The translations under genes were made by a program, and so were the position numbers. Below the pieces are notes generated by a model. That model saw only the letters and a list, made by a program, of their open reading frames with translations, ran no database searches and was not told the DNA's origin. A stretch of DNA of 64,000 nt from Octopus vulgaris (Eukaryota), in assembly GCA_951406725.2 (NCBI GenBank), contig OX597837.1, positions 47,120,001 through 47,184,000 on the forward strand. Direction: 5' to 3'. The number at the start of each line of letters is the position of its first letter. Within the stretch, counting starts at the first letter, position 1. Below, piece after piece: positions 52,902 to 64,000 of the stretch.

Positions 52902-53115
52902 ATCTTCAGAGAGGAAAAAATGAGAGAGAACCTTAATAAAGAATTTTAATAGTGAACAGTTTCACTACTAAAACCCTTTCCTAAGGGCCTGGCTCAATTT
53001 TTTTCTCTCTGAAGATAAGTTATCCATATAGTAGACAACTACTCTAGGGATAGCTTATCTTCATTTGCTAGGAAATGCATCATCTGTACATCTATTCTGG
53101 AAACAGCTGTAAGGG
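52902..53115. other. overlapping fold-back inverted repeats around hammerhead-like core motifs
   Basis: Hairpin 52902-53016 (loop CAGT) and 25-bp-stem hairpin 53010-53063 (loop ACAA); CTGAAGA at 53009 and GAAAC-AGCT-GTA at 53100-53111. Confidence 0.65.
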
Positions 53116-53518
53116 ACTCTCTCCACACCTAATCTCCTTATTTCTTATGATTTACTCTCCTGTAACAACACAGTAATTATGCTTAAATATATAAATGCCA
53201 CCATCTAAACTGACACCAGGTATTTCTTTGTTCATGTTTTCTTTCTACTGTACACACATTCTCTCTCTCACACACACACACACACACCCACATATATATA
53301 TATATATACATACATTACATACAGACACACATCAGGCTTCCAGACAGTTTCCATGTACCAAATTCTCTTACATAGCATTGGTCAGCTCAGGGCTAGAGTA
53401 GAAGAGACTTGCCCAAGATGTCACAAAGTTGAACTGAACTGGAAACCATGTAGTCACAAAGAGAGCCTTTTAATTATACATCAATGCCTACATCTCTAAA
53501 TTGAAAGGGGACACATAA

Positions 53519-53557
<39 letters not shown>

Positions 53558-55144
53558 AGAGTGTGTATGTAATATATACAAGCATATACACACATACATA
53601 TATACATACACATGTTGGTAAAATTGTGTTCTGAAAACGTATATTCGTCAACTAAACACCAACAAAGTCAAAGTTTCGTTTTATATATATTATATATACA
53701 CACATATATATATTCAGATGTTTCCTCACAAGTAATTTTATGTTTTTACAACAACTATCAAATGAATGTTTACATAATAACAGTTATATTTGGGCTCAAA
53801 ATGCAGAGGAGAAAAAGGTCAGTGAATACAGGGCCCTGGCCAGCCGTTATCAGTTTGTGCCAGTTGCTATCTAGATGTCAGGTGTTTTAGGACCCCATAC
53901 TACCGATTTCCTCCACAAGATAGGGATAATGGTGACCCATCAGAGAAAGGAGCCCCATGATGTGGCTGTTGAAATGAGTGTCCCTGGTCATTCTCCATGG
54001 CAATGTTATCACAATCATTACTGCAGGAAGCAGCTGAGCCCACCATCTGTTTGGATCTGTGGCCTATCATCACCCCCTCCATATTCTCCTGTTTATCCCC
54101 CCCTCCTTATTTTTTTCTTTCTTTCTTATATACTTTTTCCCAATGTTATAAAAATATTTTTTAAACATAGCAACTGTATCTCGGTGAATATTTATCTGTA
54201 CATAGCAAAGGAGTTTACAACTATTTGACAGACAATGCTTACAGCATTATTCTAGTCTTGAACAAATGTTATTTTGAAATCAAACCAAATTCAAATTAAC
54301 TTTCCTCTCCATTTGGTACTCCCCAAAAAATCTTTTGTTTTGCTCTTCTTTCAATTCCATTTAAGTTTTTATAAAACTTTTATAAAATATTGATTTCAAA
54401 TTTAGCACAAAGCCAGCAGTTTTGAGGGAGATGTTAAGTCAATTATATCGACCCCAGTATTCAACTGGTACTTATTTTATCAACCCCAAAATAATGAAAG
54501 GCAAAGTTGACCATGGAGCAATTTGAACTCGGTAAAATATTAAGAAACTATTATGGTGGTACGTTTCTGAATGACAGCCTCTTCCTCATTGCTGGTGTAC
54601 TTGCGGTCAGATAATTCAAATATTTGATGCTTTTTTATTCTGTACTCATAAATATTCATTTAGAATTTTCACCTAAATGTACTTACTATGTAAAATATTT
54701 ACCAATAAATAACTAGTATACAAATATTAACCTGAGGATTGTTGAGGAAACAAGAAAGTACTGTTGCAGAGATATATAAATGAAACCGAAACTGTGAAAA
54801 ATTGAGTGTGTTGGTGTATGATTGAGGAATAAAGGCACATGTTCACATTCACACACACACACACACATATCTCAATACATATATATATACATATATATAT
54901 ATTCATATATATATATACATACAGATACACACATATATACATACATATATAATTATGACAAATTTGTAATGCTTTTATAATTAATACTATTTGCTTTGCA
55001 TTAGTAAAGAATAAAATAGTAAGTATCCTGATAACCTGGAATAATTATTATTCCCTATGTTTTTTTAAAAATACTCATACATACACACACATATATATAT
55101 GCATATATACATATATTTATATATACATACACATATATAAAGAC

Positions 55145-55249
<105 letters not shown>

Positions 55250-55435
55250 TCATATCTATTCAAGTACACACATACACCATACACATAACGCTTTCTCTGA
55301 TTTGACAATTTTTTTTTTCATATTTTTGTCTTTTTTTTTAAAATAATTTTTGCTTTTTTACTTTTCTTCTTTCTTTATAATCCATCCTTACTCTCCGTTT
55401 TATTCAACTATTTTTTACTTTTCTTCTCCCCATTT

Positions 55436-55679
55436 TCAAAACGAAACATGAGTAATGAAAATGTACATTATCAAGGCACTAAGTAACCCTGAGGCAGGCA
55501 AGGTACCGATCCAAGCTAGAACAATGTTGCGAAATAGCGACCAGTCCACATTCTCTTTGGAACGAACCCTTCCCACGAACACTACAGAACCAACTTTGCA
55601 GTGAGTCGTACTGATTGGTATACCAATGTTGGAGGCAACAAGCACTGTTAGGGCAGATCCAATTTCAATGCAGAAGCCA
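55436..55679 (-). CDS. SLC20A1: SLC20/PiT sodium-dependent phosphate transporter, last coding exon
   Basis: TTTCAG acceptor; [56 protein letters not shown]; PHO4-family signature. The symbol denotes the family (co-orthologue of SLC20A1/A2). Confidence 0.95.
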
Positions 55680-55717
55680 CTGAAAAGAGAAAAAAGAACA
55701 TGTATGAGGAATTACAA

Positions 55718-55752
<35 letters not shown>

Positions 55753-55753
<1 letters not shown>

Positions 55754-57564
55754 CATCATCATCATCGCTATCCATGCTAGCATGGGTTGGACGATTTGAC
55801 TGAGGTCTGGCGAACCAGATGGCTGCACCAGACTCCAATCTTGATCTGGCAGAGTTTCTACAGCTGGATGCCCTTCCTAACGCCCACCACTCTGAGAGTG
55901 TAGCGGGTGCATTTACGTGCCACTGACATGAGGGCCAGTTAAGTGGTACTGGCAATGGCCACGCTCAAATGGAGCTTTTTATGTGCCACCTGCACAGGAG
56001 CCAGTCCTGCGGCACTGGCAACGACCTTGCTCGAATGGTTTTTCACATGCCACCAGTACAAGTGCTAGTAAGGCAACGCAGGTAACGATCACGCTTGAAT
56101 GGCCCAACGTTCGAAGGTCATGCTTCACCACCTCATCCTAAGTCTTCCTGGGTCTACCTCCTCCACAGGTTCCTTCAACTGCTAGGGTGTGGCACTTTTT
56201 CACACAGCTATCCTCATCCATTCTCACCACATGACCATACCAGTGCAGTCATCTCTCTTGCACACCACATCTGATGCTTCTTAGGTCCAGCTTTTCTCTC
56301 AAGGTACTTACACTCTGTCAAGTATGCACACTGACATTACACATCCATCGGAGCATACTGGCTTCATTCCTCATGAGCTTACGCATATTCTCAGCATCAC
56401 AGCCCATGTTTCACTGCCATTTAGCATGGCTGTTCGTACACATGCGTCATACAGTCTACCTATTACTCTGAGTAAGAGGCCCTTTGTCACCAGCAGAGGT
56501 AAGAGCTCTCTGAACTTAGCCAAGCTATTCTTATTCTAGCAGCTACACTTTCAGCGCACCCTCCCCCTGCTACTGACTTGGTCACCTAGGTAACGGAAGC
56601 TATCAACTACTTCTAGTTTTTCTCTGTGGAATGTGGCAGAAGATGTTCTCTGCATATTTTCAGTGTTTACTGCACCCGAGCATCTGCCACATACAAAAGC
56701 TATCCTCCCAGTTAGCCTTCCTTTGATATTGCTGCACCTCTTATGTATCCATAGCTTACACTGGGTACATCTTATAGAGTTTCTACCTATGCCTCTACTA
56801 CAGATCGAGCAGGGCCATCTACCTGAAGGGATTTGTAGTTTGTCTGCCTTCCTACTTATTAGGACTTTGGTTTCAGCTAGGTTGACTCTAAGGCCCTTCG
56901 ATTCTAATCCTTGTTTCCACACCTGAAACTTCTCCTCCAGTTCTGATAGTGACTCAGCAATTAGAGCAAGGTCAACAGCATAGAGGAGCTCCCAGGGGCA
57001 TCCTGTCTTGAATTCCTCCGTTATTGCCTGGAGGACTATGATAAATAGGAGGGGGCTGAGGACTGGACCTTGGTGGACCCCTACCTCTACCCTGAATTCT
57101 TCAGTGTACTCGTTGCCAACCCTCACCTTACTTACAGCGTCCCTGTACATGGCTTGCACAGCTCTCACTAACCATTCCTCTATCCCTAGTTACCTCATTG
57201 ACCACCAGATAAGGGATCGAGAGACCCTGTCAAAGGCTTTCTCCATGTCAATGAAAGCCAGGCACAGGGGCTTATCTTTGGCTAGGTATTTCTCAGTGGT
57301 GCTTTTCCCTGGCACGAAACCAAACTGCATCTCATCCAAGCTGACTCTCTCCCTAATCAGTTGGGCTATGACCCTCTCCGTAACCTTCATTACCTGATCC
57401 AACAGTTTGATACCTCTGTAATTATTTATATCTAAAGCGTCACCTTTACCTTTGTAGCAGTTGACTATTATGCTGCTACACCAGTCATTGGGTATGACTC
57501 CTTCGTGTATCAACTGGTTGACTATACGGGTGATGAGGCTATAGCCCATACCAACCCAAAACAC
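55753..57564 (-). mobile_element. 5'-truncated RTE LINE (RT with C4HC3 Cys-rich insert, 3' tail) in the last SLC20 intron
   Basis: NYRGIKLL, QFGFVPGKST, FIDMEKAFDRV, GVHQGPVLSPLLF, LLYAVDL, FRYLGD; stops and frameshifts; tail ends in (GAT)n about 75 bp before the acceptor. Confidence 0.92.
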
Positions 57565-57929
57565 AAGCCACTACAATTGGTGAACCCAAGGTAATTCTTC
57601 ATGTTCCATAGCCGTTACAGGGAGAGAGAGAGAAAGAGGGGGGGAGAGAGAGATTGAAATGCTCATGAGAAGAGTGGAAATATCAATATTTATGTGCACA
57701 TACATACACATGCCAACACACACACACACACACACACATGGAAGCAACAGACTTCCATACAGTTTCTATCTACTGATTCCTCTCACAAGACTCAACCCAA
57801 AGATGAAATACTGGGAGAGAGAGAAAGAGACAGTCTAAAACCACAGGATTATGAAGTAAGTTCCATAGACACCCAGCCATGCTTGTATCTAAAATAGATG
57901 AAATATCTTTAAAAACTAATTTTACAAAC

Positions 57930-58115
57930 CTGGAAGGTGTTATTTTTGTTAAATCTTCACCCATCGTTTTAATCACTCGGCGACCCCAAATCCAAAGTCC
58001 AAGGGAAATTCCACAGCCACCATAAAACAGAATCCAAAGAGGGGTTGGTGCTGCTTGCAATACACTCCTATCTCGTGCTATTATCCATAAGGCAACAATT
58101 GGGCCAATGGCATTG
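57930..58115 (-). CDS. SLC20A1: SLC20/PiT transporter, coding exon
   Basis: 186 nt [47 protein letters not shown]; CAG acceptor, GTTTGT donor, phase 2/2. Confidence 0.95.
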
Positions 58116-58548
58116 CTGGAATAAGAAACGGATCATCAGTAAAGTAATAAAGTCAATGCAAATCAATGAAGGATCCTCTACATGGTTGCTTGATATGCTA
58201 GTTATGATAGCCAAATCTCCCTTAACCCTTTAGCATTTAATTCGGCCACAATGTTCTTCCTGTTTTATTTTCAAACTGGCCTCTCACACCGACCCTGTAA
58301 CGTCATTGTAAAAATAAATAATCACATCTCAAAGTTATGAGATAATCTAGGATTAATTCAAAGAGTTAAACTGAGCCGTTCAGTCTTAAAAAAATTGAGA
58401 CACAATGTTCCAGGGATCTCACTGCAATTTGGACAGAACAAACAACACCAAGACTTTTTACTGGTAGAAACAGCATCAATGCTTTCATCTCTTGCCAATA
58501 CGCATCAGTAAAGTTACACACACGCAACCTTTGTCTATATGGCTTTAA

Positions 58549-59123
58549 CCCTTTAATATTTAATCTGCCAGTTTCTACCATGTTTTATGCTAAAACTGAC
58601 CAGATTTAACCTCTCACACCTACAATGTCATTTTAAAAATATACAAACACACCACTGAAATTTCAAAGCTTTGAGAAAATGCATGATTAATCTCTCTATA
58701 TATAAATGGCAGTTTGTCTGTGTGTGTGTCTGTGTGTCTGTTTGCTTGTACCCTCACCCTGACCACGGCTTTCAACCGATTCTGATGAAACTTGACACAC
58801 ACATAGCCCAATGTCATAATTCAAAACTAACGCAGCGAAAATTTTGAAAAGTTCCCCCAGTTCTGAAAAATATCGATAAATTCGACATGGGGTGGAGAAT
58901 CAGAAGCACAAGCCACAGACTATCTAGGGGACGCAACTCGACCTTTTTAACTCTCAAAAAAATTTACCATAAATTTTTTCCCCATTTTTGGCTATAACTC
59001 TCTAAAAATGCTTTATAGTTATTTCCCTTACAAACCCGAGCAATGCCGGGCGATACTGCTAGTTCAAAATAATATGATTAGATAAGTAATCATATTTGAC
59101 GAAGAAATTTGAATGCCAAAGGG
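58549..59123. mobile_element. piggyBac-type MITE (TTAA TSD) hosting a Helitron
   Basis: TTAA|CCCTTT... and ...AAAGGG|TTAA; related copies at 58226-58365, about 46160-46333 and about 3430-3610. Confidence 0.75.
58691..59062 (+). mobile_element. non-autonomous Helitron
   Basis: 5' TC, 3' CTAG, subterminal hairpin CCCGAGCAATGCCGGG (59035-50), inserted between A and T with no TSD; the uninterrupted site CATGATTAATTCA is seen at about 3551. Confidence 0.85.
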
Positions 59124-59292
59124 TTAATCTCCAAAATCTCACTCCTTGGTTGATTCAAGGCTATGGTAGGAGACACTTGCCCAAGGTGCTGTGCAGTGAA
59201 TGAAACCTGGAACCAGGTTTGAGAAGCAAACTTCTTCATCATTCAGCTTTGTTCTTCCTCCCACACAATGCGAAAATAAAAACGATGCTTAC

Positions 59293-59408
59293 CTTACATC
59301 ATTGCCGCCGTGAGCAAAAGAGCCGAAAACAGCAGTAAGAATTTGTAGGAAAGAAAAGAGTTGAACAGTTTCAGGAGAATCTTGTACAAGCTGACGAGCT
59401 TTCATTTT
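59293..59408 (-). CDS. SLC20A1: SLC20/PiT transporter, coding exon (start of second PHO4 repeat)
   Basis: 116 nt [38 protein letters not shown]; TTGCAG acceptor, GTAAGC donor. Confidence 0.95.
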
Positions 59409-60693
59409 CTGCAAATAAAAAAGATAAAAATCAAATAGAATCAATAAAATATTTATTGATTTATTTACCCGGAATGGCAAAGTGGTAAGAAGCTTGCTTC
59501 TCATCCACAAGGTTCCAGGTTCAGTAAATACAAATGAAATGATTAATTTGTCTGAATGTCTAATCACACTTAACACAACCCAGAAGCAATGCTGTTAACA
59601 TTTCCCTGCAATAAACTGAGAAAATGATTTATTTTTTTATACAATTACTCTTTTACTTGTTTCAGTCATTTCAGTGTGTCCATGCTGGAGCACCACTGAA
59701 TCTAAATTTTGCTGAACTGATATATATATATATATATAATTACTACTTATTTACTAAAAATTACTACTTATTTACTTATCTTATATTTTATTAACTTCGC
59801 AACTTTTTAAGCAGAAAAATCTTCCAGAACAGTCAAATATCCAAAGAGATAAAGAAAAAATAATTTTGAGGTGAAAAAACCTTATTTACTTTTTGTTATT
59901 AATGTTTACCAGAGAAAAATCAGCGTTCATCGAATAAAAATGAAAATGTTGTTGAGAGAGAGTGAGTGAAAAAGAAAGAGAATGAGTGTGTGTGCGTCTG
60001 TAGATAGATAGAGAGAGAGAGAGAGAGTGTAAGAGAAAGAGAGAGACAGCGTTCATTAATAAAGTGCAAAGGTTTTTGTTAAGAGAGAGAGTTCTCATTG
60101 TTCTTACCCTGCTACTACCTTACTGCATTATTTTGGACAAACTTACAAACAAGCTTATTATTATAATAGATGCTGCAATATACGTAATGTTTAAAACACT
60201 TAAATATAGAAATATTTGTATATAATCTTATCGCACTCTGTAGCTCAACTTTTCCAATATTTGGTATGTTGTCTTCATATGAGCAGTAATTACACATGTC
60301 CAAGTACTGGACTGACCAAAATGGTTGTTATGCTGTATGTTTGCATGCTATGGGACTCTTTCAGTTTCTTGCTACCAAATCCACTCACAAGGCCATGGTT
60401 GGCCTGGAGCTGTAATAGAAGATACTTGTCCAAGATTACGTATCTTAGGTACACCATATTGGGAAAAAAAATTAGGATAATCTCAGCTGAAAATTCATCA
60501 TCATAGGTCTGGTCTGTTTCATTGGGGCCAACCTGGGATAAAAACTAACAACAATCCATTCTCAACCCATGAAACAAAATTGAGGATATCACTCCACAAC
60601 CCTGGTCTGAATTTTGATCCGGTTTCCTGGTGTTCTGATTCACTAAACTGCATCATATTTATTGCAATTTACAGAAAACAATGAGATAATTAC

Positions 60694-60743
60694 CTCCACT
60701 TCACTCGTTGACAATGTTCTGGATCTTTTAGATGAATGGGAAG
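60694..60743 (-). CDS. SLC20A1: SLC20/PiT transporter, 50-nt cytoplasmic-loop exon
   Basis: TTTCAG acceptor, (A)SHSSKRSRTLSTSEVE, GTAATT donor; phase 1/0 bridges the two neighbouring exons exactly. Confidence 0.75.
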
Positions 60744-62069
60744 CTGAAATGGATAAAACAATGCAATAATGAGAGGAGCGAAGTGAGGACGGAGGACAAT
60801 TTAAGAAAGATTAGATCCAATTACTTCTATACATATACAAATACACAAAGGAACTGACACCTCGTATCTGTTGGATAATTCCAGGGGTTTTCTATAACCA
60901 CACAAACTGGCCCCCATGCTGGTGGCGCGTAAAAAGTACCTACTACACTCTTGGAGTGGTTGGCGTTAGGAAGGGCATCTAGCTGTAGAAACATTGCCAG
61001 ATCAGACTGGAGCCTGGTGCAGCCTTCTGGTTTGCCAGCCCTCAGTCAAAATCGTCCAACCCATGCTAGCATGGCAAGCGGATGTTAAACGATGACGATG
61101 ATGATGATGATGGTGCCAGTTGAGTACTGGGATCAATGTAATCAGTTGAATCCCTCCCCTAAAATATGAAACTATATCTGTACAATGACTACACAGTGCC
61201 GCCAACAGCTGTAGTCATGAAAGGGATTCAACCATTTCAATGAAAATTTAGAGAATGAAGGCTAATAATTCTAGCAGACATTTCCAAAGCTGCCAATAGA
61301 CCTTATAATATCATTGGGGACTGTTGACTTAATAAATTCTGGACCCAGGATTTACAGTTAGGATATTTTCAATGAAAGAGACTCAATAAAAACACAAGTT
61401 ATATAACAACAACGATGATGATGATGATAACAACAAAAATAAAACTAATGATAATGATGATGATGATGGTTTCAAAATTTGGCACAAGGCCAGCAAGTTA
61501 ACCTCAACAGCATTTGAAAGCAGAATGTAAAACTGGCAGAAATGATACTAAGCATTTTGTCTGGTGTGTTAAAGATCTTCCAGCTTGCCCAACTTCTCCA
61601 TCAAATTTCGGCACAATGCCAGCAATTTCAGGAAAAGGAAACTAGTTGATTAAATTGACCCTAGTACTTCACTGACACTATATTTTTATTGATTCTGAAA
61701 GGATGAAAGGCAAGATTTGAACTCTGAACTTAAAGAGCCAGAAGACATACCACAAGGCATTTTTCTGATGCTCTACTGAGCCTGCCAGTCCACCAATAAT
61801 TTCTGACACTGGTGTAAAGCCTTACATTTTGTGGAGGATGAGAGTTGATTAAATCAGGCCAAATACTCGAGTGGCCTTTAATGTAGATTTGTGAATAGTA
61901 AAGACAACCAACTCAGAATATTAAGGTCTGTGACTAACACCACAAGGCATTTTAGCCAAAGCTCTAGTAATTCTGTCACTGCCATGGTGGTGATGATGAT
62001 GATGATGACAATATCAAAAAACAAAAATAAAGGAAAGGGATAAAAAGAATTTTGAAGAATGCAAAATAC

Positions 62070-62172
62070 CTGGAGTTTCATTAGTCTCCCCATTTCCATC
62101 TATCTTAATTAACAGAGATGCAGAACTACTCAAGTTCAGTACCTGGGTACTGGATACAGCTGGATCTAAAGT
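62070..62172 (-). CDS. SLC20A1: SLC20/PiT transporter, 103-nt cytoplasmic-loop exon
   Basis: TTGCAG acceptor, TLDPAVSSTQVLNLSSSASLLIKIDGNGETNETP, GTATTT donor; phase 0/1. Earlier exons lie outside the window. Confidence 0.75.
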
Positions 62173-62732
62173 CTGCAAATAAAGAAAAGGAAAAAACACC
62201 TATATATCTCCTGATTGATTGAAAATCTTTTACCATTTTTCTGTTGAGATGCTCTGAGTTTTTTTCAATTAATTTTAAATGTAACAAAGAATTTAGTAAA
62301 ATAATTTAGTTATCATTCAGCTAGTGACTAAGGTTTGGCCAAAGATGTTAACTCAGAACTTTTGAAAACAAGACATTTGTACTACAGAGCCAGAGCCGGT
62401 TTCAGCCAGATTGGTATCAAAAGGGTTAAAGGAGAGAAATAAGTGTAGACTCCCTGCTGTTGGCATTTTATTGGAACATTCTCTCAATTACTCTGCTGAA
62501 TTGCGTCTAGTTCTCTACATAGTTTTTGGTTCACTGCTCTCCATAAATAATACTACACACACAAGCATACATACAAACACATATATACATGTGCACATGT
62601 ATATATCTGTATGTGTGTGTGTGTGTGTGTGTGTGTATATTTTAAATGTACAGAAAACAAAGGTCAAAGACAGGTGATGGAACAACAAGCAGATATATTA
62701 GTTTGATGCTCAGGAAGGAAGAATGGAAAAGT

Positions 62733-62768
62733 CTTTGATGTTCCGAGCCTATGCTCTTCATCAGAAAG
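62733..62768 (-). ncRNA. degenerate minimal hammerhead-like motif
   Basis: Minus strand CTTT-CTGATGA-AGAG-CATAGG-CTC-GGAAC-ATC-AAAG. Confidence 0.45.
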
Positions 62769-63029
62769 GGATGAAAAGGAAAAATAGTGTGTCAGGATTA
62801 ACAGTGTAACATGAAATGACCAGAAGAAAGAAGTCGAGTGAAGGGGAGATAACAGTGACCCGACTGAACTGGAGTGCACAAGCACTTATGTTTATATAAG
62901 AATAGTGCATGTGAGTGTGTATGTGTGAATGGGGGTGAGCGGATGTGTATGTATGTGTGGTGAGCTTAAGATTATATGAGCCTGGGTGTGCATATGGGAG
63001 CATGTGCGTAATCCATTCATCTTTGCCCA

Positions 63030-63345
63030 CTATTCGTGGGAGGATTGTAGAGGCAGAGTCCTTTGGGCATCTCCTTCAGATGTTCCCATCAGAAGCAACC
63101 ATCATTAGACTTTCTGGCTTGATTCCCAAGTGTGACATGTTGCAACTATGGATATTATCAAACCATCTTGCTTTTGGTCTACAGCTAAGTCACCTGCTGG
63201 TAAGCTTGGCTTGAAGAATCCATCTTGTGAGTCTTTCCTGTGGCATGCTACTCCCATGTCCATAGTACTGGAACTGGAACTGCTAAATGCAGAGAAGAAG
63301 CAGCTCAACAAGGAGAGATTCCCCAATCTCTGAGCTATACACCTT
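63030..63345 (-). mobile_element. RTE-type LINE C-terminal remnant
   Basis: YYGH..MPQERL..ILQAK..RPKARWFDNI motif on the - strand. Confidence 0.55.
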
Positions 63346-63398
63346 GTATTATATATATATATATATTTTTTTTTTCTCTCCTTGTTTTTTCTGTGTCC

Positions 63399-63434
63399 CT
63401 TTCTGTAGAAGAGCGTAGGCTCGAAACATAAAAG
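63399..63434 (+). ncRNA. degenerate minimal hammerhead-like motif
   Basis: CTTT-CTGTAGA-AGAG-CGTAGG-CTC-GAAAC-ATA-AAAG; same repeat as 62733-62768 in the opposite orientation. Confidence 0.45.
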
Positions 63435-63524
63435 ACTTTTTCTACTCCTGAGCGTTATACTAATACATCTGTTTGTTTTATACACCACCTGTCTTTGTCT
63501 TTTGTTGTTTTTTTCGTAAACTCT

Positions 63525-63558
<34 letters not shown>

Positions 63559-63564
<6 letters not shown>

Positions 63565-64000
63565 TGGAAACACCTTAAAATTTCAAACAAATTTATTTTA
63601 ATATCGGGTAGGACCACCTTTGGTAGTAATTACAGCTTGAATTCTACGAGGTATGAACTTGTACAAAGTTTGAATTATTTCCAAAGGAAATAATTTAGCT
63701 GAATTCTTCAGCTAAAACAGTCTCCAGTTCTTGTAGTGATGATGGTGGAGGATATCAACTCCTTATATGTTTTTCTAAAATGCACCATTTCAATAATATT
63801 GAGATCTGGGGACTGTGGTGGCCAGATAAGATGTTCAACTTCACTAGAATGTTCCTCGTGCCATTCAGTAACAACTTTAGCTGTGTAAATTGGTACATTA
63901 TCATCCTGAAAGATTGTACTTCCTCCTGGAAACAGTTCCACAACTATAGGGTGGATTTGATCAGATAAAATGCTTAAATAGTCTTGACTATTAATTCTGC
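63559..64000 (-). mobile_element. Tc1-superfamily D(36)E transposon fragment, same family as 7209-7793; runs off the window
   Basis: FQDDNVPIY..WPPQSPDLNIIE in ORF 63708-63941; shared subterminal sequence. Confidence 0.9.

Noticed and set aside
63105-63617. 170-aa minus-strand ORF as a further SLC20 loop exon
   Set aside because: It is a patchwork of Tc1 end, (TA)n, hammerhead repeat and an RTE remnant read off-frame; no convincing splice sites.

Overview
Eukaryotic, AT-rich, microsatellite-dense DNA. The SINE and LINE complement looks like an octopus (coleoid cephalopod) genome; this is inferred from repeat types, not from a search. Nearly all entries in the ORF track are spurious products of simple repeats or decayed transposons. 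Two spliced protein-coding genes can be rebuilt by hand. (1) On the + strand, six in-phase GT-AG exons (14989-26399) encode a strongly divergent Rab22/Rab31-like small GTPase with altered switch I/II and a C-terminal CaaX box (CNLS). Its first coding exon was not located, and a probable 3'-UTR exon starts at 29535. (2) On the - strand, five exons (62172-55436) encode the 3' half of an SLC20/PiT sodium-phosphate cotransporter whose 5' part lies beyond the window. The rest is layered mobile DNA: at least three tRNA-derived SINE families, RTE/CR1/Penelope-like remnants, two Tc1-type fragments with D(36)E spacing, mariner remnants, pogo/Tc1/piggyBac-type MITEs, a non-autonomous Helitron, and an LTR with a tRNA-Trp primer-binding site. 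The best leads are the atypical Rab, hammerhead-ribozyme-like motifs (one with an intact core in the putative Rab 3'-UTR), and a cluster of RFX X-box motifs in front of a possible unannotated micro-exon gene between the two genes.
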